Origin: Octopus bimaculoides
Lineage: Eukaryota
Direction: 5' to 3'
NCBI RefSeq assembly: GCF_001194135.2
Contig: NC_068988.1
Location: forward strand, 72,319,073 to 72,383,072
DNA length: 64,000 nucleotides
Both the position numbers and the translations under genes were made by a program. This document shows positions 25,196 to 36,857 of the stretch, piece by piece (position 1 is the first letter of the stretch; every line of letters starts with the position of its first letter). The notes under the pieces were generated by a model. It was not told where the DNA came from, searched no databases, and saw nothing but the letters and a program-made list of their open reading frames with translations.

Positions 25196-25612
25196 GTTAC
25201 ATTTACTTTACATTACATGATTAGTATATGATTACGATCTTACGTTGACTTTCAAGTCTTTCTCAATTATCTCCCTTTACTCTGTTTCCAAAGTTTTATT
25301 TTCCTTTCTATTATTAATTTTACTCGCGTCTCTATCTTAGTAGAAGCTGATGGATAAAGAAATCAAACTGCATAAACAAACGGCAGCAAAATCGTTCAGA
25401 AATTAAATAACGCTAACATATTATTATAATATATATATATATATATATATTATACATACGTATTTACACTTTACAGTATACTTACATATATACATACATC
25501 TATCCATCAATCTAAAGCAACAGGAATATTAAAGAAAGGCCGGAATTTAAGAGAAGAGAAAACCAAAACGTCTCATGCTATTCATTTAAAAATTCCTGAG
25601 TAGGTCTTATGG

Positions 25613-25913
25613 TTATTACCTCCACCTTTGAATGGTGAATATGTTAACTTTGGTTTGTATTAGATAAGGATTAGCTATTTATTGCAGTTGCTAATTTTTC
25701 TACAGCCACCTTCACATTCCATGACTACCATTGGGATCGATCAGGTACCGGATAATGAATCTGGATTATTTTCCTGTTTGTTTTTTACTTTATTTTTTAA
25801 AGGGGTCGGGTTCATTTTTAGTATTCTCGTTTGTGAGAGTAGTCAAGTTGATTTCAGATATTCTCATTTTAAAAATCATCTCTGGCTAATCGTTGAGAGG
25901 ACGTTGGTGTTGT
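25613..25913 (+). mobile_element. Second Helentron-like element, interrupted at 25913 and resuming at 27790-27830
   Basis: TTATTACCTCCACC start, GGTACCGGATAATGAATCTGGATTATTT shared with the 25001 copy; terminal GGCGGAGGTTTGCGCTCTCTG found after the insertion at ~27809. Confidence 0.65.
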
Positions 25914-27789
25914 AGTCGAGTCATTTGATTCCCTGTTGCATTTGATGTGTGCTCGTTTCATGTGAGTCTTGTCGTTGTTTAAATTGTTGAAGGTATACCG
26001 CACCTAATTGTTGTATTACTGAATTGTTAAATTTATTGTTACCTGTGAATTTTTATTTTCTTCCCCATTTATGGATGAAGTTGTGAATAACAACATTATG
26101 GAAAGTCAACCAGTTCCAGCAGGCAGTCACGCTGCAGTAAGTGGGAATAATCTAACGGCAGATATCCTGCAAGTTAGAGAAATTCGGCTGAACGACACAA
26201 ATTTTAAGAAATATAATGAATTGTTACGAAAGGAGGGAGACAGCCTGAGGCTGACGCGACCCAAGGAAATTATGGAAAAGAAAAATTGAAAAAAAGGACA
26301 GTAATATACAGGACACTGTCTGTTGCTGCAGAAAGAGTTGAAATAGCTGCAGAAGTGAGAGTCGAAGAATGCTTGAAAGAGATTAAAAGCTTAACTACGT
26401 ACTACACCAGTGGAAAGAAATATGGCACAGTGGAGGTACGTTTCGCGAGTGAACAAGAAGCGATAAAGCACTCCACTGTGCCTTTGAGATCCACTGAGTG
26501 GGTACTACTACCAAGCTTCTGTGGCAAACGTGCAGCCAGAGTGAGAATTGGTAGAGTGCCCCCAGAAACTGACGAGGCGTGGCCGGTGGCAGCCATCCTC
26601 TATAATACATAAGAGGAAACAAAAATACTTACAATCACAAGAACTACGGAGGTAAACTGGGGGGATACGGCCTTGAGGTGACGGTCCACATCAGTTTGCC
26701 AGACCTTCATAAAATCAGAGAACTAATTATACCCGATGAAACGAAGTGAAGAGTCGTGGTGGAAGGAAGACCTCCCGTATGCTATGAATGTGGAATACAG
26801 GGACACATGAAAGCTAAGTGTCCCTAGAAACACGAAGCGGAGGGGATAGAGAAATAACAACAAGAAGAAGAGGTTTCAACCGTAGAAGAGCAAGGTATAA
26901 AAGAACAGTACACAATGGTGAAGAGGAAAAAGAGTAACGCGGACTCATCATCAAAAAGTCTTAGGAAGAAGAGAAAAGGAAATGGAGAGGAGACGCAGTG
27001 CGTGAAACAGGGAAAAGCGAACGAGCAGAGAAAAAAATGAAAGTAAGTGACGAAGTCGAAGAGCGAAAATAGAGACCGTTACCAACAACCAGCAAGGAGG
27101 AGAAAGTACAGAAGAAAAAGGAAGATGAAAGAGAAATGATAATAATAAAGAATACAGAGATAGAAATACCAGCAACAGTAGAAGAGATTGGTGAAGAAAA
27201 TCAGAGAGAGACACCGAAAGGAAAACAATTAAGAAATGATACAATACACAAAAAAATGTAGAGATAGAAAAAAACATTGCGAAAATGAAGAATGTTATTA
27301 GAATTAAATTGTCAACTAACAAGAAAAATGGAGGTTTGAAAGTTGTTCTGCTGGAAAGAGAGAGAGAGGAGAAAAGTTGAAGGAATTGTTTGGTGAAAAG
27401 TTAGAAGTGACACCGGTACAGTATCGTTTTGATGAATTGCCGCCGGTGGTGGCATTCGAAGATTTAACGGAGTATTTGGTGTAAATGAGAGTAAGTGAGG
27501 AAATTTAAGAACTGAATAATTAATGACTTTGTGTAAATTTTAAAAGAAAAAGAGGAAAAATAGGAAAACCAACAGATACAAGACAGAATATTGAACTGTC
27601 ACTAAAACGTTATATAAAAACAATAAAATGAAACTGCCTGCTTATGGGGGGGGGGGGCAGGTAAGTGATTTCATCCTCATTTCTCATTGTATCCATAATT
27701 TCATACGATATGTGTTTTTATTGTATTGTTTTGTATGTCCTTGTACTGTCCCCTCTCTATAAGAGCCATGTGCTTAATAAAAGAAATAA
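25914..27789 (+). mobile_element. ORF1-only L1/Tx1-type retroelement (HAL1-like) with 15-bp TSD
   Basis: TSD GGACG(T/A)TGGTGTTGT at 25899-25913 and 27790-27804. Frameshifted ORF1 from 26071 with an RRM-like region (GKKYGTVEVRFASEQEA...RVRIGRVPPE), CCHC knuckle CYECGIQGHMKAKCP (~26780-26825) and K/E-rich tail. 3' end TAATAAAAGAAATAA. No ORF2. Confidence 0.82.
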
Positions 27790-27987
27790 GGACGATGGTG
27801 TTGTCTAGGCGGAGGTTTGCGCTCTCTGCTTGTTGTCTACTATTATCTCATAAATGCAATAATATATTGTTGTTCTTCCTAGAATAATGTTTTCTTTACA
27901 GAGATTATATGTTTTACCTCTTTTAACTAAACATAAAAACTATGTTTTATAATGTTTAACTAATGCATTGTCAACATTTCTATTCAG

Positions 27988-28296
27988 GTCCACATCAATA
28001 TGAAACGAAAGATTAACCGTTATGTAATGCGACGCGACACAGTGAGTTTACGATCGAGCACCGGACACTATTCTTGCCATCGCCAGAATTCGGCACCAAC
28101 GCAACATGTTCAGTGTCCAACATCTGATTTAGAGGAGTCGATTCAACTACAGTTATCAGATATCATTTCACACAACCAAGATAAACAATCAGAACATTCT
28201 ACTGAACCGATGAAACAGTTCAGTATAAACTCAGACATTTCACAACTGAAATCTAACCAGCCGTGTGTTATGGCAGAAACAACGTTTACAACATAA
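27988..28296 (+). CDS. Putative terminal coding exon; resembles class B (secretin-family) GPCR helix 8 plus C-tail
   Basis: Acceptor CATTTCTATTCAG|GTC, then 102 open codons VHINMKRKINRYVMRRDTVSLRSSTGHYS...TTFTT*. Class B GPCR last exons typically start at the V of NxE|V...KR.W.R. No upstream exons found. Confidence 0.5.
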   Translation, partial: VHINMKRKINRYVMRRDTVSLRSSTGHYSCHRQNSAPTQHVQCPTSDLEESIQLQLSDIISHNQDKQSEHSTEPMKQFSINSDISQLKSNQPCVMAETTFTT

Positions 28297-28446
28297 CGGA
28301 TTTTTTTTCTTTTTCGATTGATTAATGTCTGCACGTGTGCATTATTTAGATACGTCACTATAAGCGTATAACTGTGTGCATAAGTTTTAAGAATTTATAT
28401 TATTACATATTCATCTAACACACACACTTATATACATATAACATCA

Positions 28447-28490
28447 TGTGTGTGTGCGCGCGTGTGTGTGTGACTATGTGTGTGCGCGTG

Positions 28491-28589
<99 letters not shown>

Positions 28590-28600
28590 GAGTGTGTGTA
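28447..28600. repeat. (GT)n microsatellite
   Basis: Direct inspection. Confidence 0.97.
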
Positions 28601-29260
28601 TTCCGCTTAGACATTGCGATGCTAATAACCTACATGGAACTCAACATGCATATGCTTCAGTATGAAACGTCAGTCGAGTACATAACGGTAAAAAGAAATT
28701 GGGAAGACAAAGGAAATAAACAATTATGAATTTCATTAGCTTACAGCTGTTTCTGCTATAAGATTAATGCACTCATAGCTGAGTGCTTGAGTACCACATT
28801 ATAGCTTCATCGGAGCTTCAAACCTGAAGTGCAATCTATTTTGGAAAACTTTTACATTTATGTTTATACATAGCAAAATCATTATCAATGAAAAAACATA
28901 CATGTATGTAGGAAACAAAATTCAGGAGATTGAGGGGGAAGCCCTGCTCATAATTAGAATATCATAAATGTGTACAAGCATAGGTATAAGACACATTTCT
29001 ATAAGATGAGAAGACAGTAAAAAGAAATATCTCTCAGTAAAATATATATTTCTCNNNNNNNNNNNNNNNNNNNNNNNNNNNNNNNNNNNNNNNNNNNNNN
29101 NNNNNNNNNNNNNNNNNNNNNNNNNNNNNNNNNNNNNNNNNNNNNNNNNNNNNNNNNNNNNNNNNNNNNNNNNNNNNNNNNNNNNNNNNNNNNNNNNNNN
29201 NNNNNNNNNNNNNNNNNNNNNNNNNNNNNNNNNNNNNNNNNNNNNNNNATATATATATGA

Positions 29261-29717
29261 ACAATTGCAGCGTGGAAGGTGTTTATAAGCCATTTAAGAA
29301 ACACACAAAAACCATTAGATTCACTTCAACATTTAAATTTAATTTGCCAAAATATTTTCGTCGCTTTGAGACCGCGATCTGTTCTCTGACAAAATTCCGT
29401 GCTGCATCTTCTTATCACCCCCTCCCCATTACTAATTCCCTTATTACTATCCAATGCATTTTCCACTTTGTAGATAAAGCCGGATGTATTGTTTCATCAC
29501 ACATGATAGTTTAGTAGGCCGACATGATATTAATTGATTTATCACCACTGACCAGAATTTATCACCACTGACCTGTTCACTGACAAAATTCCGTGCTGCA
29601 CGGAATTTTGTCAGTGAACAGGTCGCGGTCTCAAAGCGACGAAAATATTTTGGCAAATTAAATTTAAATGTTGAATTTTCTTAAATGGCTTATAAATACC
29701 TTCCACGCTGCAATTGT
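29261..29717. repeat. Inverted repeat with internal perfect 55-bp palindrome and templated insert
   Basis: 29261-29402 is inverted relative to 29598-29717. 29570-29624 is a perfect 27-bp/1-nt/27-bp palindrome. 29407-29558 is an inverted copy of 31219-31370. Confidence 0.92.
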
Positions 29718-30702
29718 TTTCGTTCCAACACACGATCTCAGATCAGGTCACCTGCTCTGATGCAAGTACATCTCCGTAATATATATATACATATATATAT
29801 AAAGTAAACGGAAAATGGAGAAATGGAGATTTCTCCATTTTCTATTTACTTTAAATTTGATTCCTGACAAACTCATGTTTATCTTTGTCATTACCTGTAA
29901 TCTATGAGCATAATATGCTTGCACATGTACTTCCAGGGTTAACATAGGTAATTATACCGGTAGTATAACGGATACTTTTATCCCTTAGACCGTTATTCCA
30001 GCCTCTAACTCTACTAACCTATATATATATATATATATATATTTATATAAAGGGCATTATTACAGAAAAAATAACAACGCCACACAGTGGACTTCTCAAA
30101 ATAACCACATTTAGTACCTAATGCGGTGGTTATTTTGAGAAGTCCANNNNNNNNNNNNNNNNNNNNNNNNNNNNNNNNNNNNNNNNNNNNNNNNNNNNNN
30201 NNNNNNNNNNNNNNNNNNNNNNNNNNNNNNNNNNNNNNNNNNNNNNNNNNNNNNNNNNNNNNNNNNNNNNNNNNNNNNNNNNNNNNNNNNNNNNNNNNNN
30301 NNNNNNNNNNNNNNNNNNNNNNNNNNNNNNNNNNNNNNNNNNNNNNNNNNNNNNNNNNNNNNNNNNNNNNNNNNNNNNNNNNNNNNNNNNNNNNNNNNNN
30401 NNNNNNNNNNNNNNNNNNNNNNNNNNNNNNNNNNNNNNNNNNNNNNNNNNNNNNNNNNNNNNNNNNNNNNNNNNNNNNNNNNNNNNNNNNNNNNNNNNNN
30501 NNNNNNNNNNNNNNNNNNNNNNNNNNNNNNNNNNNNNNNNNNNNNNNNNNNNNNNNNNNNNNNNNNNNNNNNNNNNNNNNNNNNNNNNNNNNNNNNNNNN
30601 NNNNNNNNNNNNNNNNNNNNNNNNNNNNNNNNNNNNNNNNNNNNNNNNNNNNNGTATACGTTTTTTATCTGTCGTTGTTTATTTACAATGCAGTTTTTCC
30701 TT

Positions 30703-30744
<42 letters not shown>

Positions 30745-30854
30745 TAGGAAATATGGAGAGAGTGACAGATGTAGGATCTAAGACAATCAGAGAGAGAGAG
30801 AAAGAGAGCAGGGGAGAGAGAGAGAATAAAGGAGTTAAAAAAAGAGGTACAGGT

Positions 30855-30945
30855 GTCCATTCCTTACGGTCGTTTCAAGCGACTCCTTTAATTGATTAAT
30901 GGAAATATTACATCATTGCAAAGAAACTGTTTTCGTCAGATGACT
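30855..30945 (-). ncRNA. Hammerhead ribozyme motif
   Basis: Minus strand: GCAGTCAT-CTGACGA-AAACAGTTTCTTT...AAAGGAGTCGCTT-GAAA-C-GACC-G-TA-AGG. Long imperfect stem II; stem I decayed. Confidence 0.65.
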
Positions 30946-32770
30946 GCATGAACTTCAAACAAAAAGGACCATTCAACTGATTTAAGATAATCACAACTCC
31001 ACAAAGCCAAAATGCATTGATTCTGCAGCTATTCAGTTGGCAGAATTTTACCAAATAGTTATCTCGGAACAAATAGAATTTAGAGGACAGTAGAGGTTAT
31101 TGTAGTGGTGGGGTGTGGAATAATTGAAATAAGTGACCCAATTACCTGTACTTCAAAATAAAAGAGGCGGGATTATTTCCAACCGGCTAGAATTAAGTCT
31201 TAGTGGGGTTGTACATGTATTCTGGTCAGTGGTGATAAATCAATTAATATCATGTCGGCCTACTAAACTATCATGTGTGATGAAACAATACATCCGGCTT
31301 TATCTACAAAGTGGGTAATGCGTTGGATAGTAATAAGGGAATGAGTGATGGGGCGGGGATGATAAGAAGAACGGAAAAGGATAGGGAGAGCTGATACTAC
31401 TTATTTTGATTATCGTATTAAAAGGGGGAGACCTTGAAATCTACTGGAATAAGTATTAGGACGTAGGGGTGGAAATCAAATTCAGAAAATAGGAAAAGGT
31501 GTTCACTACAGTTTAGCATAGTTATGATATCATAGCAATAGATATAATATTAAATATATAGGCGAAGGATAAAATTGTACATTAAATTATAATAAAGGGA
31601 TACATTAAGATATAAGAGAAATAATAAAACTTTTTGTAAATGTAGTGTATAAAATATCCTGGTAAAAAGAATATATATATAGAATCTATAACAAAATTAC
31701 TTATGATATAAAGTGAACTGATATTAGAAACATTCCACATCATAACGGGTGGATAACGATAGGGTAGAATAAAAAATATGGTCCCAGGTATAGGGTAAAT
31801 AGATTAGAGATATTTAATATATATAAAGAAATACATTCAGATACAAAATTTTAAAATTTAGGCCCACAATCAAATAATGAAAAATAATGTGTATTAAAAT
31901 AAAAGAATATGAAATTAAAGTCTACTGTGAGGCATGTAAAAATGTATAAGCTGTTAAAAGTATATAAACTGTAAAAGTATATAAAAGGATAAAGGCATAA
32001 AAAAATTTAAATATAAGCTATAAAGATTATATAAAAGGATATAAAAGATATAAAGATGTAAAGAAGAAGGATATAAAATAAAATAAAAAAATCTTTTTAA
32101 TGGTATAGATATATAGAAAAAAATTATAGCAAGATCATTTTTATTAATAAGAGACAACCAAACCAAATTGTAATAGAGACAAAATTAACTGTGAAAAGTG
32201 GTTTATAAAATGTTTCTAAAGTACACCGAAAATGAATACAGGTAGAATACTACCAGATCTTAGAGGGTATATCCTATACTTAGGGGAGGTGCGAAATTTT
32301 AAAATCCACTAGTAAAAATGGTAAATGTATTTTATATCAGCCATATAGGGAACAAATTATACTAGGTAATATTGATTTAAGTAATAAACTATTGTGTCCT
32401 AATTTAGGCTATAGAATAATCATTTCATTTTGCAGGTTATATAAATGTCAGATTACTAGAGAGTGCTATAAATAGATAGTGCTGTTAGCTATACATAAAG
32501 GATCAGAGGGGCCAAGGGTCATTAGAATGCATTACTGAAAAGGTTTCGATATCACAGAGTGTAAGCTATGAATGATTAGCGCATTGAGTAACTTGTTATC
32601 AAAGATACAGTATGAGGTATTTATTATTAGCTGCTTCTAAAGTATTTAAAGGTGCGGGTAATCCTATGAACACATGATACCTTATGATCTAAATTATTAT
32701 TAATTAGGCTGTTTTTATCTCTATATTTGAATATTTCATATATCTCTATACAGCAGAAATCACACCCATA

Positions 32771-33455
32771 TCAGCTATTTTTGTATGGCTGAACTCTACG
32801 CACTATATTCCACTTTACACTGAATTTAATATTATTATCCTTGAATTCCCGAATCTTCGTAGATAATGACGTACTGCTGGCTTTATGCCTAATTCTAAAG
32901 GATGGAAGATGGTTATTCAGACGTTTTTTCATATCTAAAGAGCACTCTATGTAAATAAAGTTATTAGTGTCCGTCATTACTGTACATTTATATAAACACT
33001 GACCTAATAGCGGGCAATGGGATCTTGCCCTGAAATTGCAATTGCAGTTATTATTATTATTATTATTATTAGTTTTTTCTACCATATTATTAATAATCAT
33101 AGAGTCATCATTTGAGGTACTGTTCAGATTACGTCGCTATTACTCCTGTTGTTATAATTGGTATTGTTACTTATATTTATATTAACCCTAATGTCATGGA
33201 TTGTAACGTTAAGTGTTATGAAATCAACTTAAAATGGTTGCATATGTGATACATGGGGTACCGACTGTGGTTTATTGGCTCCGTTGATATTAATCATCTC
33301 GTCTGCATTACTACTGGCTGAGGTTGAGTTATCGGTGCTATTCTTTGTATTATTGGTATTTACATACTTAGACTTATTAGAGTTATTAGGGATTAATCTA
33401 CTATTACCATTATGATTATTTATCCTACGGGCTAATATTATCCTAATATTTCCTT
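32771..33455 (-). mobile_element. PLE (Neptune-like) Asn-rich linker and GIY-YIG endonuclease
   Basis: NIRIILARRINNHN...CNCNFRARSHCPLLGQCLYK...IYIECSLDMKKRLNNHLPSFR...TSLSTKIREFKDNNIKFSVKWNIV...PY, fitting the CNCR..CPL.G.C / SF...T.LS..IW.LK..W.I pattern. Confidence 0.85.
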
Positions 33456-33471
33456 TATGTTTGAAGTTCAT

Positions 33472-33540
33472 GCAGCCATCTGACGAAAACGGCTTCTTAT
33501 CAATTAAAGGAGTTGCTTGAAACGACCGTAATGAATTGAC
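33472..33540 (+). ncRNA. Hammerhead ribozyme motif
   Basis: CAT-CTGACGA(33480-86)-AAACGGCTTCTT..AAGGAGTTGCTT-GAAA(33519-22)-C-GACC-G-TA-ATG. Stem II about 12 bp with G-U pairs; GUA site after 33530. Confidence 0.7.
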
Positions 33541-33572
33541 AACTGTACCTTTTTACTACTCATTTATACTTT

Positions 33573-33632
<60 letters not shown>

Positions 33633-33704
33633 NNNNNNNNNNNNNNNNNNNNNNNNNNNNNNNNNNNNNNNNNNNNNNNNNNNNNNNNNNNNNNNNNNNN
33701 NNNN

Positions 33705-33747
<43 letters not shown>

Positions 33748-33835
33748 TAGATAGATAGATAGTTGTAGGTTTTCATGCCTCCAAGCGTATTTGCATATAT
33801 ATGAATGTATGTATGTTTAATATACATACACATAG

Positions 33836-34005
33836 GTGTAGGCGTGGTTGTGTAGTAAGAAGCTTGCTCCCCCAAAACATAGTTCCGGGTTCAGTCCCAC
33901 TGCGTGGCACTTTGGGCAAGTGTCTTCTACTATAGCCTGGGTCCGACCAAAGCCTTTTGAGTGAATTTAGTAGACGGAAACCGAAAGGATCCCGTCGTAT
34001 ATGTG
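33836..34005 (+). mobile_element. Type-B SINE, 5' half
   Basis: GGCGTGGTTGTGTAGTAAGAAGCTTGCT...GGTTCAGTCCCACTGCGTGGCAC.TTGGGCAAGTGTCTTC. Confidence 0.9.
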
Positions 34006-34054
34006 TGTGTGATTAGACAAACGAAAGCTTATATTTATGAACAACTATTATTAA

Positions 34055-34460
34055 AGTGGCTGTGTGGTAAGAAGATTGCTTCCTAGCCACATGGTTCCGG
34101 GCTCAGTCCTACTGCGTGGCACCTTGGGCAAGTGTCTTCTAGTATAGCCTCGGGCCGACCAAAACCTTGTGAGTGGATTTGGTAGAGGGAAACTGAAAGA
34201 AACCCGTTGTATACACATATATATACATATATACATATATATATCTGTGTATGTGTGCCTCCCCATCAGCGCTTGACAACCAGTGTTGGTGTGTTTGTGT
34301 TCCCAGAACTTAGCGGTTCGGCAAAAAAAGCGTGGGTAGAAAAAATACTAGGCTTTAAAATTAAATTAAGTCCTGGGGTCGATTTGTTCGACTAAAACCC
34401 TTCAAAGTGATACTCCAGCATGGCCGCAGTCAAATGACTAAAACAAGTAAAAAAAAAAGG
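34055..34460 (+). mobile_element. Type-B SINE, full length
   Basis: Complete head, CORE-like motif, microsatellite and tail. Confidence 0.92.
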
Positions 34461-35004
34461 CAAAAAATAGAAAGAAAAAGAAGGAAAAAAGAATGTACGT
34501 CATTAATGCTGCGGAAATGTATGAATGTCAGAACCCCATTCCGCATTTGGAATTCACCTCTGTAACCATTTACTTCTGTACATCTATCTGTGGTGGTGGG
34601 TGGGGTTGTATTTCTGGAAGATGTGAGTTCAAAGAGATGTGGGATGGAGTTGTCACATATACACTTTCTGCAACATTAACGGCAGTGTTGATAAAACAAA
34701 AAATACCTACAACAGTGTATTGAAACGTGTCTGTGTTCCTGTTAATTTCTGTGTGAGTTAGATTATGTCTGACCATTTTTGTGTAACAGGTTTTTGTTTT
34801 TTGTTTGTTTTTTTTTGCCATCCCAGATTCCTAGTGAGATATCAACCATGCTGAAGATTCCTTTGCAAAAAGAATAACATTAATAAAACAATTGTAATAT
34901 CGAACTATTTGATTACAACTCTTGAATCTTTTGTTTGGTTACATTTTTTGAAAAATTTTAGTGAAATTTAAGTGAAAATTTAAGTGAAAAATTAAGTGAA
35001 AATT

Positions 35005-36450
35005 TTCTAATTTGGAGTATTGATGTAATTTTTCACGCTGAATTTCATTTGTTCCAGAAATTTTTAAATAAAAGTTACAGAAGTTTAAAGTTTGATCATT
35101 TTTACCTAGTTAGAAAATGGGATTTGGAAGCTGTCATTTTGTGTGTGACTGCACGTGTTGTCAACATTGTGTGTTTTTATATCAAACTGTAAACAAATTA
35201 AATATTGGTGGAATTCTGCTTTACACAAGCCATATAACCCATCAACTTATTATAGGGAATTTTCAGATGTTTTGAAATTTGCATTCTACACACAGGAATT
35301 CATACGATTATGCAAAACCCTCTCCACAGCAAAAAAAAAAAACAACTTGGTGCTTGATTTAAGGCCTGTTTACCGGTTATTTTTTAGCACATCTCACAAT
35401 CACCTCATACCTCATGTGACCACGAAAAAATGACCATATTATGGACAAGGGAGCAACAGAGGGGCAAGTAGCTTGGTAACAGCTTGGCTTGTTACAATGG
35501 AAACAGCTTTGCTTATTACTATGGAAGCAGGCTCCCATATGTCTGTCGCTTTCGACTGGCTAAAATTATCCAATATTTTCAAACTTTAAAAGCTATTAAT
35601 TCTTTATTTATTGATTTATGGCGAAAATGAATTTCTTGTCAATAGGTACCATACAAAACTATATCATTATACCAAATACGAAAGTAACGGGAACAAAATT
35701 GAAGAAATTCAAAAGTGACAGCGAAGCAAAAGATCCCAATTCTGTTACTCTAGGATATTGCATACAAATAAAATAACAAAATCGGGATCTTTTCTGCTTG
35801 GCTGCCAATTTTCAATCTCTTCAATTCCTGCGCGAATTGATTTCATATTCCGTGTGATAATATGGCTTTATAGGCCAATCACTGCTTTGAGATTCATTTC
35901 GCCATAAATTAATAAATAAAGAGTTATTAACTTTCAAAGTTTGCAAATTTTGGGTAATTTTAACCAACCGTAAGCCACAGACACATTCATGCTTGTTTCC
36001 ATAGTAACAAGCCAAGCTTGAGAATTATTTTGTCTGCTAGAAAGAAGTGTTGACATATTTTCCACTCACTGAGCAGGTCGTCAGATGTGCTAAAAATAAC
36101 AACAAAATAGGCCTTAAATCACGCACCAAAAAGGTTTTTGTTTTATTTTTGGATAAACGCATGAATTCCCATGTGTAGAATACAAATTCGCAAAGTTTTC
36201 AGAAAATTCCCAAAGATAAAAAAAATGTTATGAGGCGTTATATGGCGTGCATAAAGCAAAATTTGTTTTATTTACAGTTGACAACACGTGCTATTAAGCA
36301 CAAAATGACAGCTTCCACATCCTGTGGAGAAATGATCAAACTTTAAACCTCTATAACGTTTTTACTAAATTTTTCTGGATACGTGAAATATCCCTTGAAA
36401 TTCAGCTTGGAAAGCTACAATAATGTACCAAATTTTAAAATTTTCAATAA
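35005..36450. mobile_element. Foldback / long-TIR non-autonomous DNA element
   Basis: 35005-35400 is inverted relative to 36075-36450 and 35481-35660 to 35850-36020 (diverged but alignable by eye). A related fragment lies at ~37560-37900. Confidence 0.8.
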
Positions 36451-36530
36451 ATTTTGAATTTTCGACATTTAGTGGTCAAACTGAAAAAGATCCACAGGCT
36501 TTCTATCGGCAATCGAAACTGGTGTACGGT

Positions 36531-36710
36531 TTCTCTCTCCCTCTCTCTCTTTCTTTCTCTCTCTCCCTCCCTCTCTCTCTCCCTCCTTCTCCTCTCTCTC
36601 TTTCTCTTTCTCCCTCTCTCTTTATCTTTCTCTCTCTCCCTCTATCTTTATCTTTATCTTTCTCTTTCTCTCTCCCCCTCTCCCTCTCTCTCTCTCTCTC
36701 TCTCTTTTTT
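36531..36710. repeat. (CT)-rich polypyrimidine microsatellite
   Basis: Direct inspection. Confidence 0.95.
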
Positions 36711-36857
36711 CCCTCTACTGTAAGCTTTCACTAAATATATACCGATTCCTCTCATATCTGGGATTGTTTGATATACAGAAAGACAATACACCAACTGTAC
36801 TTTCTTGTTCGTCAATAGCAAATCATCAAGACAACTTTATTGGTATTATATTACCAT

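Noticed and set aside
31380-32700. AT-rich tract as a mitochondrial insertion (NUMT)
   Set aside because: No mitochondrial protein, rRNA or tRNA recognisable in any frame I tried.
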